Shown in pieces: positions 1-7,840 of a stretch of 45,105 nucleotides of DNA (within the stretch, counting starts at the first letter, position 1; each line of letters begins with the position of its first letter). The stretch is from a virus: IMG/VR virus record IMGVR_UViG_3300045988_173304; one strand, written 5' to 3'. The position numbers and the translations under genes are program-made. The notes beneath the pieces are model-generated. The model saw nothing but the letters and a program-made list of their open reading frames with translations, was not told where the DNA came from and searched no databases.

Positions 1-77
1 CCAATTCAACAATTCAACTTAAAATGCTCATTTTATATAAGCTTATACGTTAAGTTTTTTTAACGGTGAAAAATTAT
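1..77 (+). repeat. 77-bp structured repeat, copy A (identical to 45029-45105; inverted copy at 27674-27750)
   Basis: Exact string identity read directly. Contains tandem CAATTCAA x2 (2-17) and three abutting palindromes (20-35, 36-47, 48-65). Confidence 0.95.
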
Positions 78-148
78 AATAAATATATATAAGGAATAAT
101 TATAGCTATCCTATCTTGAATTGGTGACTTGGAATTGAGGTGATAAAA

Positions 149-535
149 ATGGACGTAAGTGAAATCATTCAGGAAACTGTCAATTGTACAATCGCCAAAC
201 TGAAAATGTCAGGACTAATGAAAGACAATCGACAGACTGCATTCCAAAAAACAGAGCAGATTCTGAAAAACTACAATGAGCTGAAGAAAGCATATAGCGA
301 AGACGGTACGGCAAAGAAGTTTGTTGACATCGTAGACAATGCTCTTAATGAAATTTTGGATGACGCTTATTATGATATCATTCCAATGATATATTTCGAG
401 AATCAAACTCGTGAAATGGTAGCAGAGTATTTTGACACAACCGTAACAACGATCAGTCGTAATAAACGCAGATTGATAAATCGGCTAAAGTATCTCATAT
501 TTGCTGATGACGTTATTTACGAGCTCTTCTTGTAA
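149..535 (+). CDS. Late-gene transcriptional activator, ArpU/RinA/sigma-70 region-4-like
   Basis: The C-terminal ...TREMVAEYFDTTVTTISRNKRRLINRLK resembles a region-4-type HTH of Gram-positive phage late activators. It heads the long + strand lysis/structural operon. ATG 149 with a GAGGTGAT SD is preferred over track start 140. Family call is from memory. Confidence 0.5.
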   Translation: MDVSEIIQETVNCTIAKLKMSGLMKDNRQTAFQKTEQILKNYNELKKAYSEDGTAKKFVDIVDNALNEILDDAYYDIIPMIYFENQTREMVAEYFDTTVTTISRNKRRLINRLKYLIFADDVIYELFL

Positions 536-561
536 CGCATAAATATCATTTGTGCGTTATG

Positions 562-595
562 AAGCCCTCAGAATTTTGGTTCTGAGGGCTTTTTA
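562..595 (+). terminator. Rho-independent terminator
   Basis: 12-bp perfect stem AAGCCCTCAGAA / TTCTGAGGGCTT (562-573 / 580-591) followed by a T-run. Confidence 0.8.
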
Positions 596-637
596 TATTT
601 TGTTCACAATCAATTTACTAAAACCATGTATTTCTAG

Positions 638-657
638 TGCAACAAATGTTGTATAAT
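638..657 (+). promoter_or_regulatory. Promoter/operator cassette, degenerate copy (TGCAAC-AAAT-GTTGTA overlapping TATAAT 652-657)
   Basis: Shares the palindrome-plus-TATAAT core with eight other sites. Its 5' leader (GCTCAGAAAGA..GAGGTAATTAAAATG) is also shared with the 24982 cassette. Confidence 0.55.
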
Positions 658-714
658 ATAATCACAGAACAAAACAAGAGCACAGACGCTCAGAAAGATT
701 AAGAGGTAATTAAA

Positions 715-870
715 ATGAAAGAATTTGCAGTATATTACATCAGCAATGAGGATAAAAATGCAACATTTGTTGGAAGCGCATATGGTGAAACAACTGAAGA
801 AGCAATCGATGATTTTACTCGTTGGCATGATGATTGCATCGAAATCGTTGATATTGAAATCGTAAAGTAA
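715..870 (+). CDS. Hypothetical small protein (51 aa, below the ORF-track cutoff)
   Basis: Hand translation gives MKEFAVYYISNEDKNATFVGSAYGETTEEAIDDFTRWHDDCIEIVDIEIVK. Strong SD AAGAGGTAATTAAA before the ATG. The antisense track ORF 634-876 looks spurious. Confidence 0.6.
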   Translation: MKEFAVYYISNEDKNATFVGSAYGETTEEAIDDFTRWHDDCIEIVDIEIVK

Positions 871-906
871 ACCCAACTTGATAGACCAAAACGGAGGTAA
901 TTAAAA

Positions 907-1185
907 ATGAAACTATATGTCGCATGTGTAACACTCGACGGTGAAGTTCAGATAATTAAATCTGAGTATAACCGTAAGCAAGATTTCTACAGCGATCTCA
1001 GAGCTAATGGTTACAGAGTAAGATTCATCTCTACTGAAGAGAACTTTGATTCTGACTGCGAAAAATACAATGAAAGATGTGATAATAACAAGCGCATTAA
1101 AAAAGTACAGTACGCATCCTATAAGGAGTCGGCAAAAAGAATGCACATGACAGTCAAGGAATTCAGAGCTTGGTTGAAAGCATAG
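907..1185 (+). CDS. Hypothetical protein
   Basis: ORF with SD GGAGGTAATTAAAA upstream. No motif recognised. Confidence 0.6.
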   Translation: MKLYVACVTLDGEVQIIKSEYNRKQDFYSDLRANGYRVRFISTEENFDSDCEKYNERCDNNKRIKKVQYASYKESAKRMHMTVKEFRAWLKA

Positions 1186-1230
1186 AAAGATGTGCTAACA
1201 GACTATACGGGCGAGTAGGAGGAAATTATT

Positions 1231-1683
1231 ATGGTAGACACAATCGAACGAATCTCGTATAACATGGCGGAAAGAGAGCGGCTCTATGCTGAATATGAAG
1301 ATATTCGGCATAAGATTGAATCGATGAATAAATATTTCGACTCTGTTTTAGACACCGTTACGGATGAAGAATTCGATGAACTAACTAATAAGATATATGA
1401 AATGAATGAATTATCTAAGCATGCATATTTAAAATGCTTTGCTGCACAGTTTCCAAAGTGCAGAAACAAGTGGTTTTGCAATATTATTTTAGAGATGCAA
1501 GCTGATGGGATAACACACAAACGCATAAGTAGGCGGCAAAACGAATGTTTTTCTCGCTATACAAAGAGCGATAAAGATAATTGGAAAACCAATGAGACCT
1601 ATTGTCGTGTTGGTAATATGTTTATAACCTTGTATTCTAATGATGGTGCTTCATATTTTAGCATAGACATTCAAGAGCTTTGA
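1231..1683 (+). CDS. Hypothetical protein
   Basis: ORF with SD AGGAGGAAATTATT upstream. No motif recognised. Confidence 0.6.
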   Translation: MVDTIERISYNMAERERLYAEYEDIRHKIESMNKYFDSVLDTVTDEEFDELTNKIYEMNELSKHAYLKCFAAQFPKCRNKWFCNIILEMQADGITHKRISRRQNECFSRYTKSDKDNWKTNETYCRVGNMFITLYSNDGASYFSIDIQEL

Positions 1684-1728
1684 GATTTTGCTGACCTAAC
1701 GGCTATACGGGGAGAAAGTGAGTTAGTT

Positions 1729-2073
1729 ATGTTGTACATTAAGAAAGTTGGTTGCATGTGGGTCAATATTTTAGATGAAAGAGAAAAATTCGTCGAATTA
1801 GATGATGGTACGCTAAAAAGCAAAGCTACTGGTGAAGTGTTCGAAGTAGTTGAACAATTTTCCGAAGATTTCATGATAGTACAAAATGAACAGCGTTCGT
1901 TGAATGATAGTTATACTATACTTCGAAAGCAAATTTTGAATCTATCGAGATCGACTTGTCACATGGCAATTGGAAGCGAAAAGAGAAAAGAACGAGAAGC
2001 AACAATTGATGAACTCAAAGCAGCGTGTGAAGAACTCAAAGCTAAAGGTGCACGTCTTACATTGATTCGGTAA
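1729..2073 (+). CDS. Hypothetical protein (start uncertain)
   Basis: ORF in the same orientation, followed by a terminator. Coiled-coil-like C-terminus. Confidence 0.5.
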   Translation: MLYIKKVGCMWVNILDEREKFVELDDGTLKSKATGEVFEVVEQFSEDFMIVQNEQRSLNDSYTILRKQILNLSRSTCHMAIGSEKRKEREATIDELKAACEELKAKGARLTLIR

Positions 2074-2090
2074 ATATATAATACTCAGAG

Positions 2091-2118
2091 CGCTCCAGAA
2101 CTGATCTGGAGCGTTTTT
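2091..2118 (+). terminator. Rho-independent terminator
   Basis: Stem CGCTCCAGA / TCTGGAGCG (2091-2099 / 2105-2113) followed by TTTTT. Confidence 0.8.
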
Positions 2119-2191
2119 AGTTTACGCATGATAAATTATACTATAAAAATGAAAGTCGTTCAGAGATGATTCTGAGCGGCTTATTTTTATG

Positions 2192-2247
2192 TGTAACATT
2201 GATGTTACATACAGTATATGTAAAACATTTCATTTTCTTGGTATAAT
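2192..2247 (+). promoter_or_regulatory. Palindrome plus extended -10 promoter upstream of the lysis cassette
   Basis: TGTAACAT-TG-ATGTTACA palindrome (2192-2209). TGTAAA (2219-2224) lies 17 nt upstream of TGgTATAAT (2239-2247). Confidence 0.5.
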
Positions 2248-2271
2248 ATTATTAGAGATGAGGTGATAACA

Positions 2272-2541
2272 ATGACTGATTATATTAGAGCTGAGCTGTT
2301 GATTTTGATTCCAGTATTGGTGATAGTAGGTAAAATTTTCAGCGATACGAAAGTAATTAAAAACAAATATATTCCTATGCTCTTGGGCATATCTGGTATC
2401 GTCCTGGGAGCGCTTTATACGATCAGCCTTTATGGTTTATCGCTTGACGGAATATTCTCTGGAATCGTACAGGGCATCCTCTGTGCGGGTACAGCAGTTT
2501 ATGGAAATCAAATTTATAAGCAGTTAGGAAAAGATGAATGA
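2272..2541 (+). CDS. Holin (Hol44/phi-LC3-like, about 3 TM segments)
   Basis: Three hydrophobic segments and a charged C-terminus (..YGNQIYKQLGKDE). Lies immediately upstream of the endolysin. ATG 2272 follows a GAGGTGATAAC SD. Confidence 0.75.
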   Translation: MTDYIRAELLILIPVLVIVGKIFSDTKVIKNKYIPMLLGISGIVLGALYTISLYGLSLDGIFSGIVQGILCAGTAVYGNQIYKQLGKDE

Positions 2542-2765
2542 GTACAGAAATTATTATTGCATTGTGTTCACTTGCGGGTACAGCATTAGGAACATTTAGC
2601 GGCATCAATCTAATCAATTATCGACTGAAACAATTGGAGAAAAAGGTTGAAAAGCACAATAGTTTGGTAGAACGCCAATATAATATCGAAAAAATCACCA
2701 CTGTGTTGCATGAACAACTGAAAGTTGCAAACCATCGCATTGATGATTTGGAGCATAAGGGGTGA
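2538..2765 (+). CDS. BhlA/XhlA-like lysis-associated membrane protein
   Basis: N-terminal TM (IIIALCSLAGTALGTFSGINLI) followed by a coiled coil. ATGA overlap with the holin stop. Confidence 0.5.
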   Translation: MSTEIIIALCSLAGTALGTFSGINLINYRLKQLEKKVEKHNSLVERQYNIEKITTVLHEQLKVANHRIDDLEHKG

Positions 2766-2769
2766 TTGC

Positions 2770-3903
2770 ATGAATTATTCATATGATGATCGTACACAAT
2801 TATCAACGCATTTTAATGTCCAAGAATTTAAATGCAAATGTGGAGAAAATCATGACATTTTAATTGAAAATGATTTGATTGATAAATTGGAAATGCTATT
2901 CGATAAATTGGATTGTTCAAAGATTATTGTGAATAGTGGATATCGTTGCAGTACACATGACAAAAATGTTGGTGGCAACGGTATTGGCCAACATACAAAA
3001 GGACGTGCTGCAGATATCGTATGCTATGACCAAAATGGTGATATTATCACTAGCAAAAAAGTCTGTTGTATTGCTCAAGATATTGGATTCAAAGGAATTG
3101 CAAATATCACAGACAATTATAGTTCTACACATGTCGATGTTCGAACAAATGGATATTGGTTTGGTGATGAAGTATATGGCACCGGAAATATCACAGATGA
3201 TTTTTATGATTATTTTAATGTGGGTGATGTGATGAAAGGTATTGACGTTTCAAAGCACCAAGGAAACATTGATTGGTCTAAGGTTCATGTAGATTTTGCA
3301 ATTATTCGTGCAGGATATGGCAAAGAATTATCTCAAAAAGACGAACAATTTGAGAATAATTACGCAGGTTGTAAAAAGAATAATATTCCATGTGGAGTAT
3401 ATTGGTATTCATATGCAACATCAGTGGAAGAAGCTAAAAAAGAAGCAAAAGTATGTTTGGAAGTTATCAAAGGTAAAACGTTTGAATTTCCTATCTTTTT
3501 TGATTTGGAAGAAAAGAGACAGTTTGACCTTGGTAAGAAAGCATGCAGTGAAATGGTCCAAGCATTTTGTGACACGCTTGAAAATGCAGGATATTACGCA
3601 GGATTGTATTGTTCGACGTATTATCTTACAAATTTTGTCACTGAGGCAGTCAGAAATCGTTATGCTATTTGGGTAGCACAATATAACGATAAATGTACCT
3701 ATTCAGGACAATATGGAATTTGGCAAAAGTCAAGTGAAGGCAAAATCAACGGTATCAATGGAAATGTCGATATTGATGAATGCTATATCGATTATAAATC
3801 CGTTATCAAGAAAAAAGGATTGAATGGATTTAGTAGTGATACTGATGACAAAGTGAACAAGATTTTGGACGACATAAAAAACGTTTACGAAAAGTATAGG
3901 TGA
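2770..3903 (+). CDS. Endolysin with two catalytic domains: N-terminal M15-type peptidase and GH25 muramidase
   Basis: SGYRCSTHDKNVGG..GQHTKGRAADI..STHVDVR is an M15 zinc-peptidase pattern. KGIDVSKHQGNIDWSKV..DFAIIRAGYG..GVYWYSYA..FFDLEE is a GH25 pattern. ATG 2770 follows an AAGGGGTGA SD. Confidence 0.85.
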   Translation: MNYSYDDRTQLSTHFNVQEFKCKCGENHDILIENDLIDKLEMLFDKLDCSKIIVNSGYRCSTHDKNVGGNGIGQHTKGRAADIVCYDQNGDIITSKKVCCIAQDIGFKGIANITDNYSSTHVDVRTNGYWFGDEVYGTGNITDDFYDYFNVGDVMKGIDVSKHQGNIDWSKVHVDFAIIRAGYGKELSQKDEQFENNYAGCKKNNIPCGVYWYSYATSVEEAKKEAKVCLEVIKGKTFEFPIFFDLEEKRQFDLGKKACSEMVQAFCDTLENAGYYAGLYCSTYYLTNFVTEAVRNRYAIWVAQYNDKCTYSGQYGIWQKSSEGKINGINGNVDIDECYIDYKSVIKKKGLNGFSSDTDDKVNKILDDIKNVYEKYR

Positions 3904-3910
3904 GACAAAA

Positions 3911-4264
3911 ATGAATCAAAAGCAAATTTTATTTTGTCAATACCTAATTGGGGAGTGTAAAGGTGACAAAGCACAAGCTGCAATCAAAGCAGGATATACA
4001 CCTGCTTCAGCAAGAACAAGTGCTGCAAAATTACTCAAAAGACGTGATATTCAGCAGTATATTACACAACTTAATGATGAAGTTGCACAGAATTACACCC
4101 AAGAGGTTGCTAAGTGTGTAAAATATAACATTGCTTCAATTGCTGAAATACAAGCTTTTTGGACAAAAATTATGAACGATGAAGATGAACCGATGAGAAA
4201 TCGACTCAGAGCATCCGAGCTTTTGGGTAAATCGAAAGGAATTTTTACTAACGATGGCTGGTAA
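3911..4264 (+). CDS. Terminase small subunit-like protein (Terminase_2-type)
   Basis: KQILFCQYLI...AAIKAGYTPASARTSAAKLLKRRDIQ...ELLGKSKGIF matches the recalled pattern of the Terminase_2 small-subunit family. Confidence 0.6.
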   Translation: MNQKQILFCQYLIGECKGDKAQAAIKAGYTPASARTSAAKLLKRRDIQQYITQLNDEVAQNYTQEVAKCVKYNIASIAEIQAFWTKIMNDEDEPMRNRLRASELLGKSKGIFTNDGW

Positions 4265-4955
4265 CTTGCGCAATTTTTACACTTCGAGAGATTGGGTTGA
4301 GCTTACAAAAATTATCCGTCTGGAGAGGATGAATGCTGAAGGACAACTGATCTGTGAATATTGTGGCAAACCTATTGTGGCCAAATATGATTGTATTTGT
4401 CACCATAAGATAGAGCTGACAGAGGCCAATTATTTGAATGCTACTATAGCAATGAATCCAGATAACATTATGCTGGTACATCATCGCTGTCATAATAAGA
4501 TACACAATAAACTATGCTATTCCAATAGACAGGTATATATTGTATATGGTAGTCCATTATCTGGTAAGAGTACCTTCGTTAAGGATAATATGGATGTTGG
4601 AGATTATATAGTAGATATCGATAATATATGGCAGAGTATTAGTGGATGCGATAGATATATTAAGCCTAATAGACTACGATCATGTGTGTTTAATATCCGC
4701 AACTATATGATAGATATGGTGCGTATGAGACAAGGTAAATGGCTTAATGCATGGGTCATTGGTGGTTATCCTCTTATATCTGAAAGAGAACGATTGAGCA
4801 AGACTCTTAATGCAAGAGAGATATATATTGACACATCAAAAGATGAATGTATTCGACGATTATATGAATGTGATGATGGTAGAAACATTGATGATTGGTT
4901 GAAGTACATCGATGATTGGTGGGAAAAATTTTCAATGGCCCCCCCATCTGCGTGA
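4254..4955 (+). CDS. HNH endonuclease fused to a P-loop NTPase/kinase-like domain
   Basis: CEYCGKPIV..CHHKIEL..MLVHHRCHNKIH is an HNH pattern. It is followed by YIVYGSPLSGKSTFV (Walker A). Its position just upstream of terS/terL is typical of cos-type HNH packaging helpers. Confidence 0.75.
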   Translation: MAGNLRNFYTSRDWVELTKIIRLERMNAEGQLICEYCGKPIVAKYDCICHHKIELTEANYLNATIAMNPDNIMLVHHRCHNKIHNKLCYSNRQVYIVYGSPLSGKSTFVKDNMDVGDYIVDIDNIWQSISGCDRYIKPNRLRSCVFNIRNYMIDMVRMRQGKWLNAWVIGGYPLISERERLSKTLNAREIYIDTSKDECIRRLYECDDGRNIDDWLKYIDDWWEKFSMAPPSA

Positions 4956-5057
4956 TTCTAGCGTGACCTGAGAACTGTTGAAGTGTGCCCTTTCCTCATG
5001 CAAAGTGAAAAAACGAGATTTTCCAATTTGAGTTTTTTAGAAAGAAGGTGAACAAAA

Positions 5058-5402
5058 TTGAATCGAAGAGAAGAATTGCTAAAATTAGTTGATAAATCTA
5101 ATGCGAGTACGATGATACCTCTCATCGACAAAATGTTGTTTATAGAAAACCAATTGGAAAACCTCGAAAAATTGCCCATGATAAAGGTGCACCCAGACAA
5201 TCCAGAAATCCAAAAAGCAACGCCTGCTGCAAAGCTCTATAAAGAATTTTTGCAGCAGTATACGAACATCATTAAGGTAATTTCTCACAATGTAGAAGAT
5301 GAATCTGATGGAAAGGATAGTCCACTGAGCCGTTGGGTGAAATCTAGAAATGAAATTTTAGACGACATAAAAAGTGGCAAAGGATTGAAACCGTTATGTT
5401 GA
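5058..5402 (+). CDS. terS: Terminase small subunit, P27-family-like
   Basis: Small helical protein directly upstream of, and overlapping, terL, after an HNH gene (the canonical HNH-terS-terL order). TTG start with a GAAGGTGA SD. Confidence 0.55.
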   Translation: MNRREELLKLVDKSNASTMIPLIDKMLFIENQLENLEKLPMIKVHPDNPEIQKATPAAKLYKEFLQQYTNIIKVISHNVEDESDGKDSPLSRWVKSRNEILDDIKSGKGLKPLC

Positions 5403-7099
5403 TTAAGGAAAAGAAAATTTGGACACCCGACAACAGCTACTTGTTGGAATACCATGCGCGAATCGAATGGGGTGAAATATTAGTAGGCCAAGAACTTTGG
5501 CAGGAGTTACAAAACCTTAAAGAAGATTTCCTAAATGATGCCTACTATTACGATACGCATGACGCTCTTCTCAGAATGGATTTCATGGAAAATTGTGTAC
5601 GGTTGACAAAATCGCCGTACTACAATAAGCCAATGGTTCTCATGTTGTGGCAGAAAGCATTCATTGAAGCGGTGTACAGCTTTAAGATGAGTGAAACAAC
5701 ATTTGACAGATTCAAGAAAGTTATTTTGTTGATCGCACGTAAGAATACGAAGTCTGAAACATGCTCGGCTTTAGGTCTTAGTGAATTGATTGTTGGAAAT
5801 GAAGGCGCAGATATTGTTTGCAGTTCAAACGATGATAATCAGGCAAGCATTACTTACGATGCAATTGACACGATGAGATTATTGATTGACCCAGACCAAA
5901 TCGACACAAAGCGAAATCAGCGTTTCATTTTGAATAAAGCTAATGGCTCCAAAATCTTCAAATTATCGGACAGAACGAAAAACAAGGAAGGTCGAAACAT
6001 TGATTTTGCAATCATTGATGAAACTCATGAAATGAAAGAAAACATCATTGGTAAATCAATTGAACAATCACAATCATTGAAAGACAATCCTAAATTCATC
6101 AATATTACGACAGAAGGTTTTGTCGTTGATGGATATTTGGATGACGAGTTGAGAAAAGCAAGAGCAGTCATTTGGAAAGAGGATGACGGTCCTTCAGCAG
6201 AGAGATTGCTTCCGTGGTTTTATACTCAAGATTCTGAGCAAGAAATCTGGCAAGACAGAAGAACTTGGGTGAAATCAAATCCAACATTGGGAATTGTAAA
6301 AAAATGGGACTATTTGGACGAGCAAATTGACTTGGCAAAAAAGTCTAAAGCAGATCGTATTTTCGTATTGTCCAAAGACTTCAACATTAAGCAAAATTCA
6401 GCGGAATCATGGTTGAATTTGGAAGATTACGATTACGGTGCAGTTCATAATTTGGAAGATTTCAGAGGATGCGTTTGTTTGGGAGCGGTTGACCTTTCAG
6501 AGACGACTGACCTAACTTGTGCGAAGATTCTGATGATGAAACCAAATGACCCAATAAAATATATACATACGATGTATTTTATCCCAGAATCAAAATTGGA
6601 AGATTCTGACGATAGGAATGCAGGAGCTAAATATGTTGAATGGGCAAAAAAAGGATTGGTGACAATCACTGAAGGCAACGACATTGATTTGGCAGTAGTT
6701 GCAGATTGGTTTTATAAGTTGTATATCGAATATGATATCAAACTTTGGAAATGTGGTTACGACCAACGATTTTCAAAAGATTGGATAACTCGAATGGGTG
6801 AATATGGTTGGATGAAAGAAAATGAAGATTTGATTTTGATTCTTCAAAATGCTCAAACGTTATCGAATGCCATGAAACTCTGTGAAGCAGATTTCAAACA
6901 TCAATTTATAAACTATGGTGACAACGAGGTTGATAAATGGTGCTTGAAAAATGCAGCAATCAAAGTGAATGACCTTGGACAATGCATGTGCATTAAAACT
7001 GAGGGTGCAAAACGAATCGATGGGGCAGTCACATTCGTCATCTTATATGAAACATATAGACGATATCGAACAGAGTACAAACAAATTGTTGGAGGTTGA
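5396..7099 (+). CDS. terL: Terminase large subunit
   Basis: 567 aa. ATPase motifs (LLIARKNTKSE, DFAIIDETHE) and a C-terminal nuclease region. Positioned before the head genes. Confidence 0.9.
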   Translation: MLIKEKKIWTPDNSYLLEYHARIEWGEILVGQELWQELQNLKEDFLNDAYYYDTHDALLRMDFMENCVRLTKSPYYNKPMVLMLWQKAFIEAVYSFKMSETTFDRFKKVILLIARKNTKSETCSALGLSELIVGNEGADIVCSSNDDNQASITYDAIDTMRLLIDPDQIDTKRNQRFILNKANGSKIFKLSDRTKNKEGRNIDFAIIDETHEMKENIIGKSIEQSQSLKDNPKFINITTEGFVVDGYLDDELRKARAVIWKEDDGPSAERLLPWFYTQDSEQEIWQDRRTWVKSNPTLGIVKKWDYLDEQIDLAKKSKADRIFVLSKDFNIKQNSAESWLNLEDYDYGAVHNLEDFRGCVCLGAVDLSETTDLTCAKILMMKPNDPIKYIHTMYFIPESKLEDSDDRNAGAKYVEWAKKGLVTITEGNDIDLAVVADWFYKLYIEYDIKLWKCGYDQRFSKDWITRMGEYGWMKENEDLILILQNAQTLSNAMKLCEADFKHQFINYGDNEVDKWCLKNAAIKVNDLGQCMCIKTEGAKRIDGAVTFVILYETYRRYRTEYKQIVGG

Positions 7100-7101
7100 G
7101 T

Positions 7102-7353
7102 ATGGCAAGTGTATATCCAAAATCGTTCACAACAAATAGTTTTTTACCGCAATCAGACGGACGATATATGGCGACAATTGCCGCTTCATCTCATGGCTTA
7201 GGGGTAAATTACCACGTTGAAAAAGCAATTAGACGAGATACAGATTTGACTTGGAAAAATATGATTGCGTCTTACAGAATACTTACAAATGGTGATTTTG
7301 AATTTTACGTGGATGAACCATGTATTTGTAAAATTTATTTGGAAGGTGAGTAA
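7102..7353 (+). CDS. Hypothetical protein
   Basis: ORF. ATG 7102 lies 6 nt after a GGAGG. Confidence 0.55.
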   Translation: MASVYPKSFTTNSFLPQSDGRYMATIAASSHGLGVNYHVEKAIRRDTDLTWKNMIASYRILTNGDFEFYVDEPCICKIYLEGE

Positions 7354-7354
7354 G

Positions 7355-7825
7355 ATGACAGTCTTCAAAATGGGAACGACACTAAAAAGTTTTATTTCTG
7401 GTATCAATGCAAATTTCACAGAACTCGCAAACAAATTGACATACAAACCTATCAGCTACAAAGTCCTATTTCAAGGTTCAAAACCTATTCCTTCAAAAGA
7501 TTCTGGAAGCACTGCTTCTGTAACATTGACAGATGACATTACAAAATTCGATGGAATCATGATTCAGCGAGAAGGTGCATCATGTTGGCAGCGAATCGAT
7601 TCAATGGCAGTTGGAACGGTGTTTAAGGTTTTGAATTGTGAATCTGATTTTGCAACTATGGAAGGATGCAATTTGTACATGTGTAACGCTCAGGTCAGCT
7701 CTAAGACGCAATTGAAGTTCAGTAATAATGTTTACGCAGGCATTAAGACGAACGCATCTGGACGCTATCTGACATCATTCAGCGATCGACCAATAACAAA
7801 AGTTATTGGCATCAAGTTAAACTAA
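7355..7825 (+). CDS. Hypothetical protein
   Basis: ATG 7355 follows a GGAAGGTGA SD and directly follows the upstream stop. Confidence 0.55.
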   Translation: MTVFKMGTTLKSFISGINANFTELANKLTYKPISYKVLFQGSKPIPSKDSGSTASVTLTDDITKFDGIMIQREGASCWQRIDSMAVGTVFKVLNCESDFATMEGCNLYMCNAQVSSKTQLKFSNNVYAGIKTNASGRYLTSFSDRPITKVIGIKLN

Positions 7826-7840
7826 CAGGAGGAAATTATT

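Noticed and set aside
1-77. The 77-bp repeat as a tRNA-derived att core
   Set aside because: It is AT-rich and has no cloverleaf or T-loop (GTTCGAATC-like) features. It does not resemble a tRNA 3' end.
634-876. 80-aa minus-strand ORF from the track
   Set aside because: It overlaps a promoter cassette and a + strand 51-aa ORF that has a strong SD. The + strand reading is more parsimonious.
3911-4264. Treating 3911-4264 as the sole terS and 5058-5402 as hypothetical
   Set aside because: Both have terS-like features. The position of 5058-5402, overlapping terL and following the HNH gene, is the canonical one. I kept both as candidates and did not choose between them.
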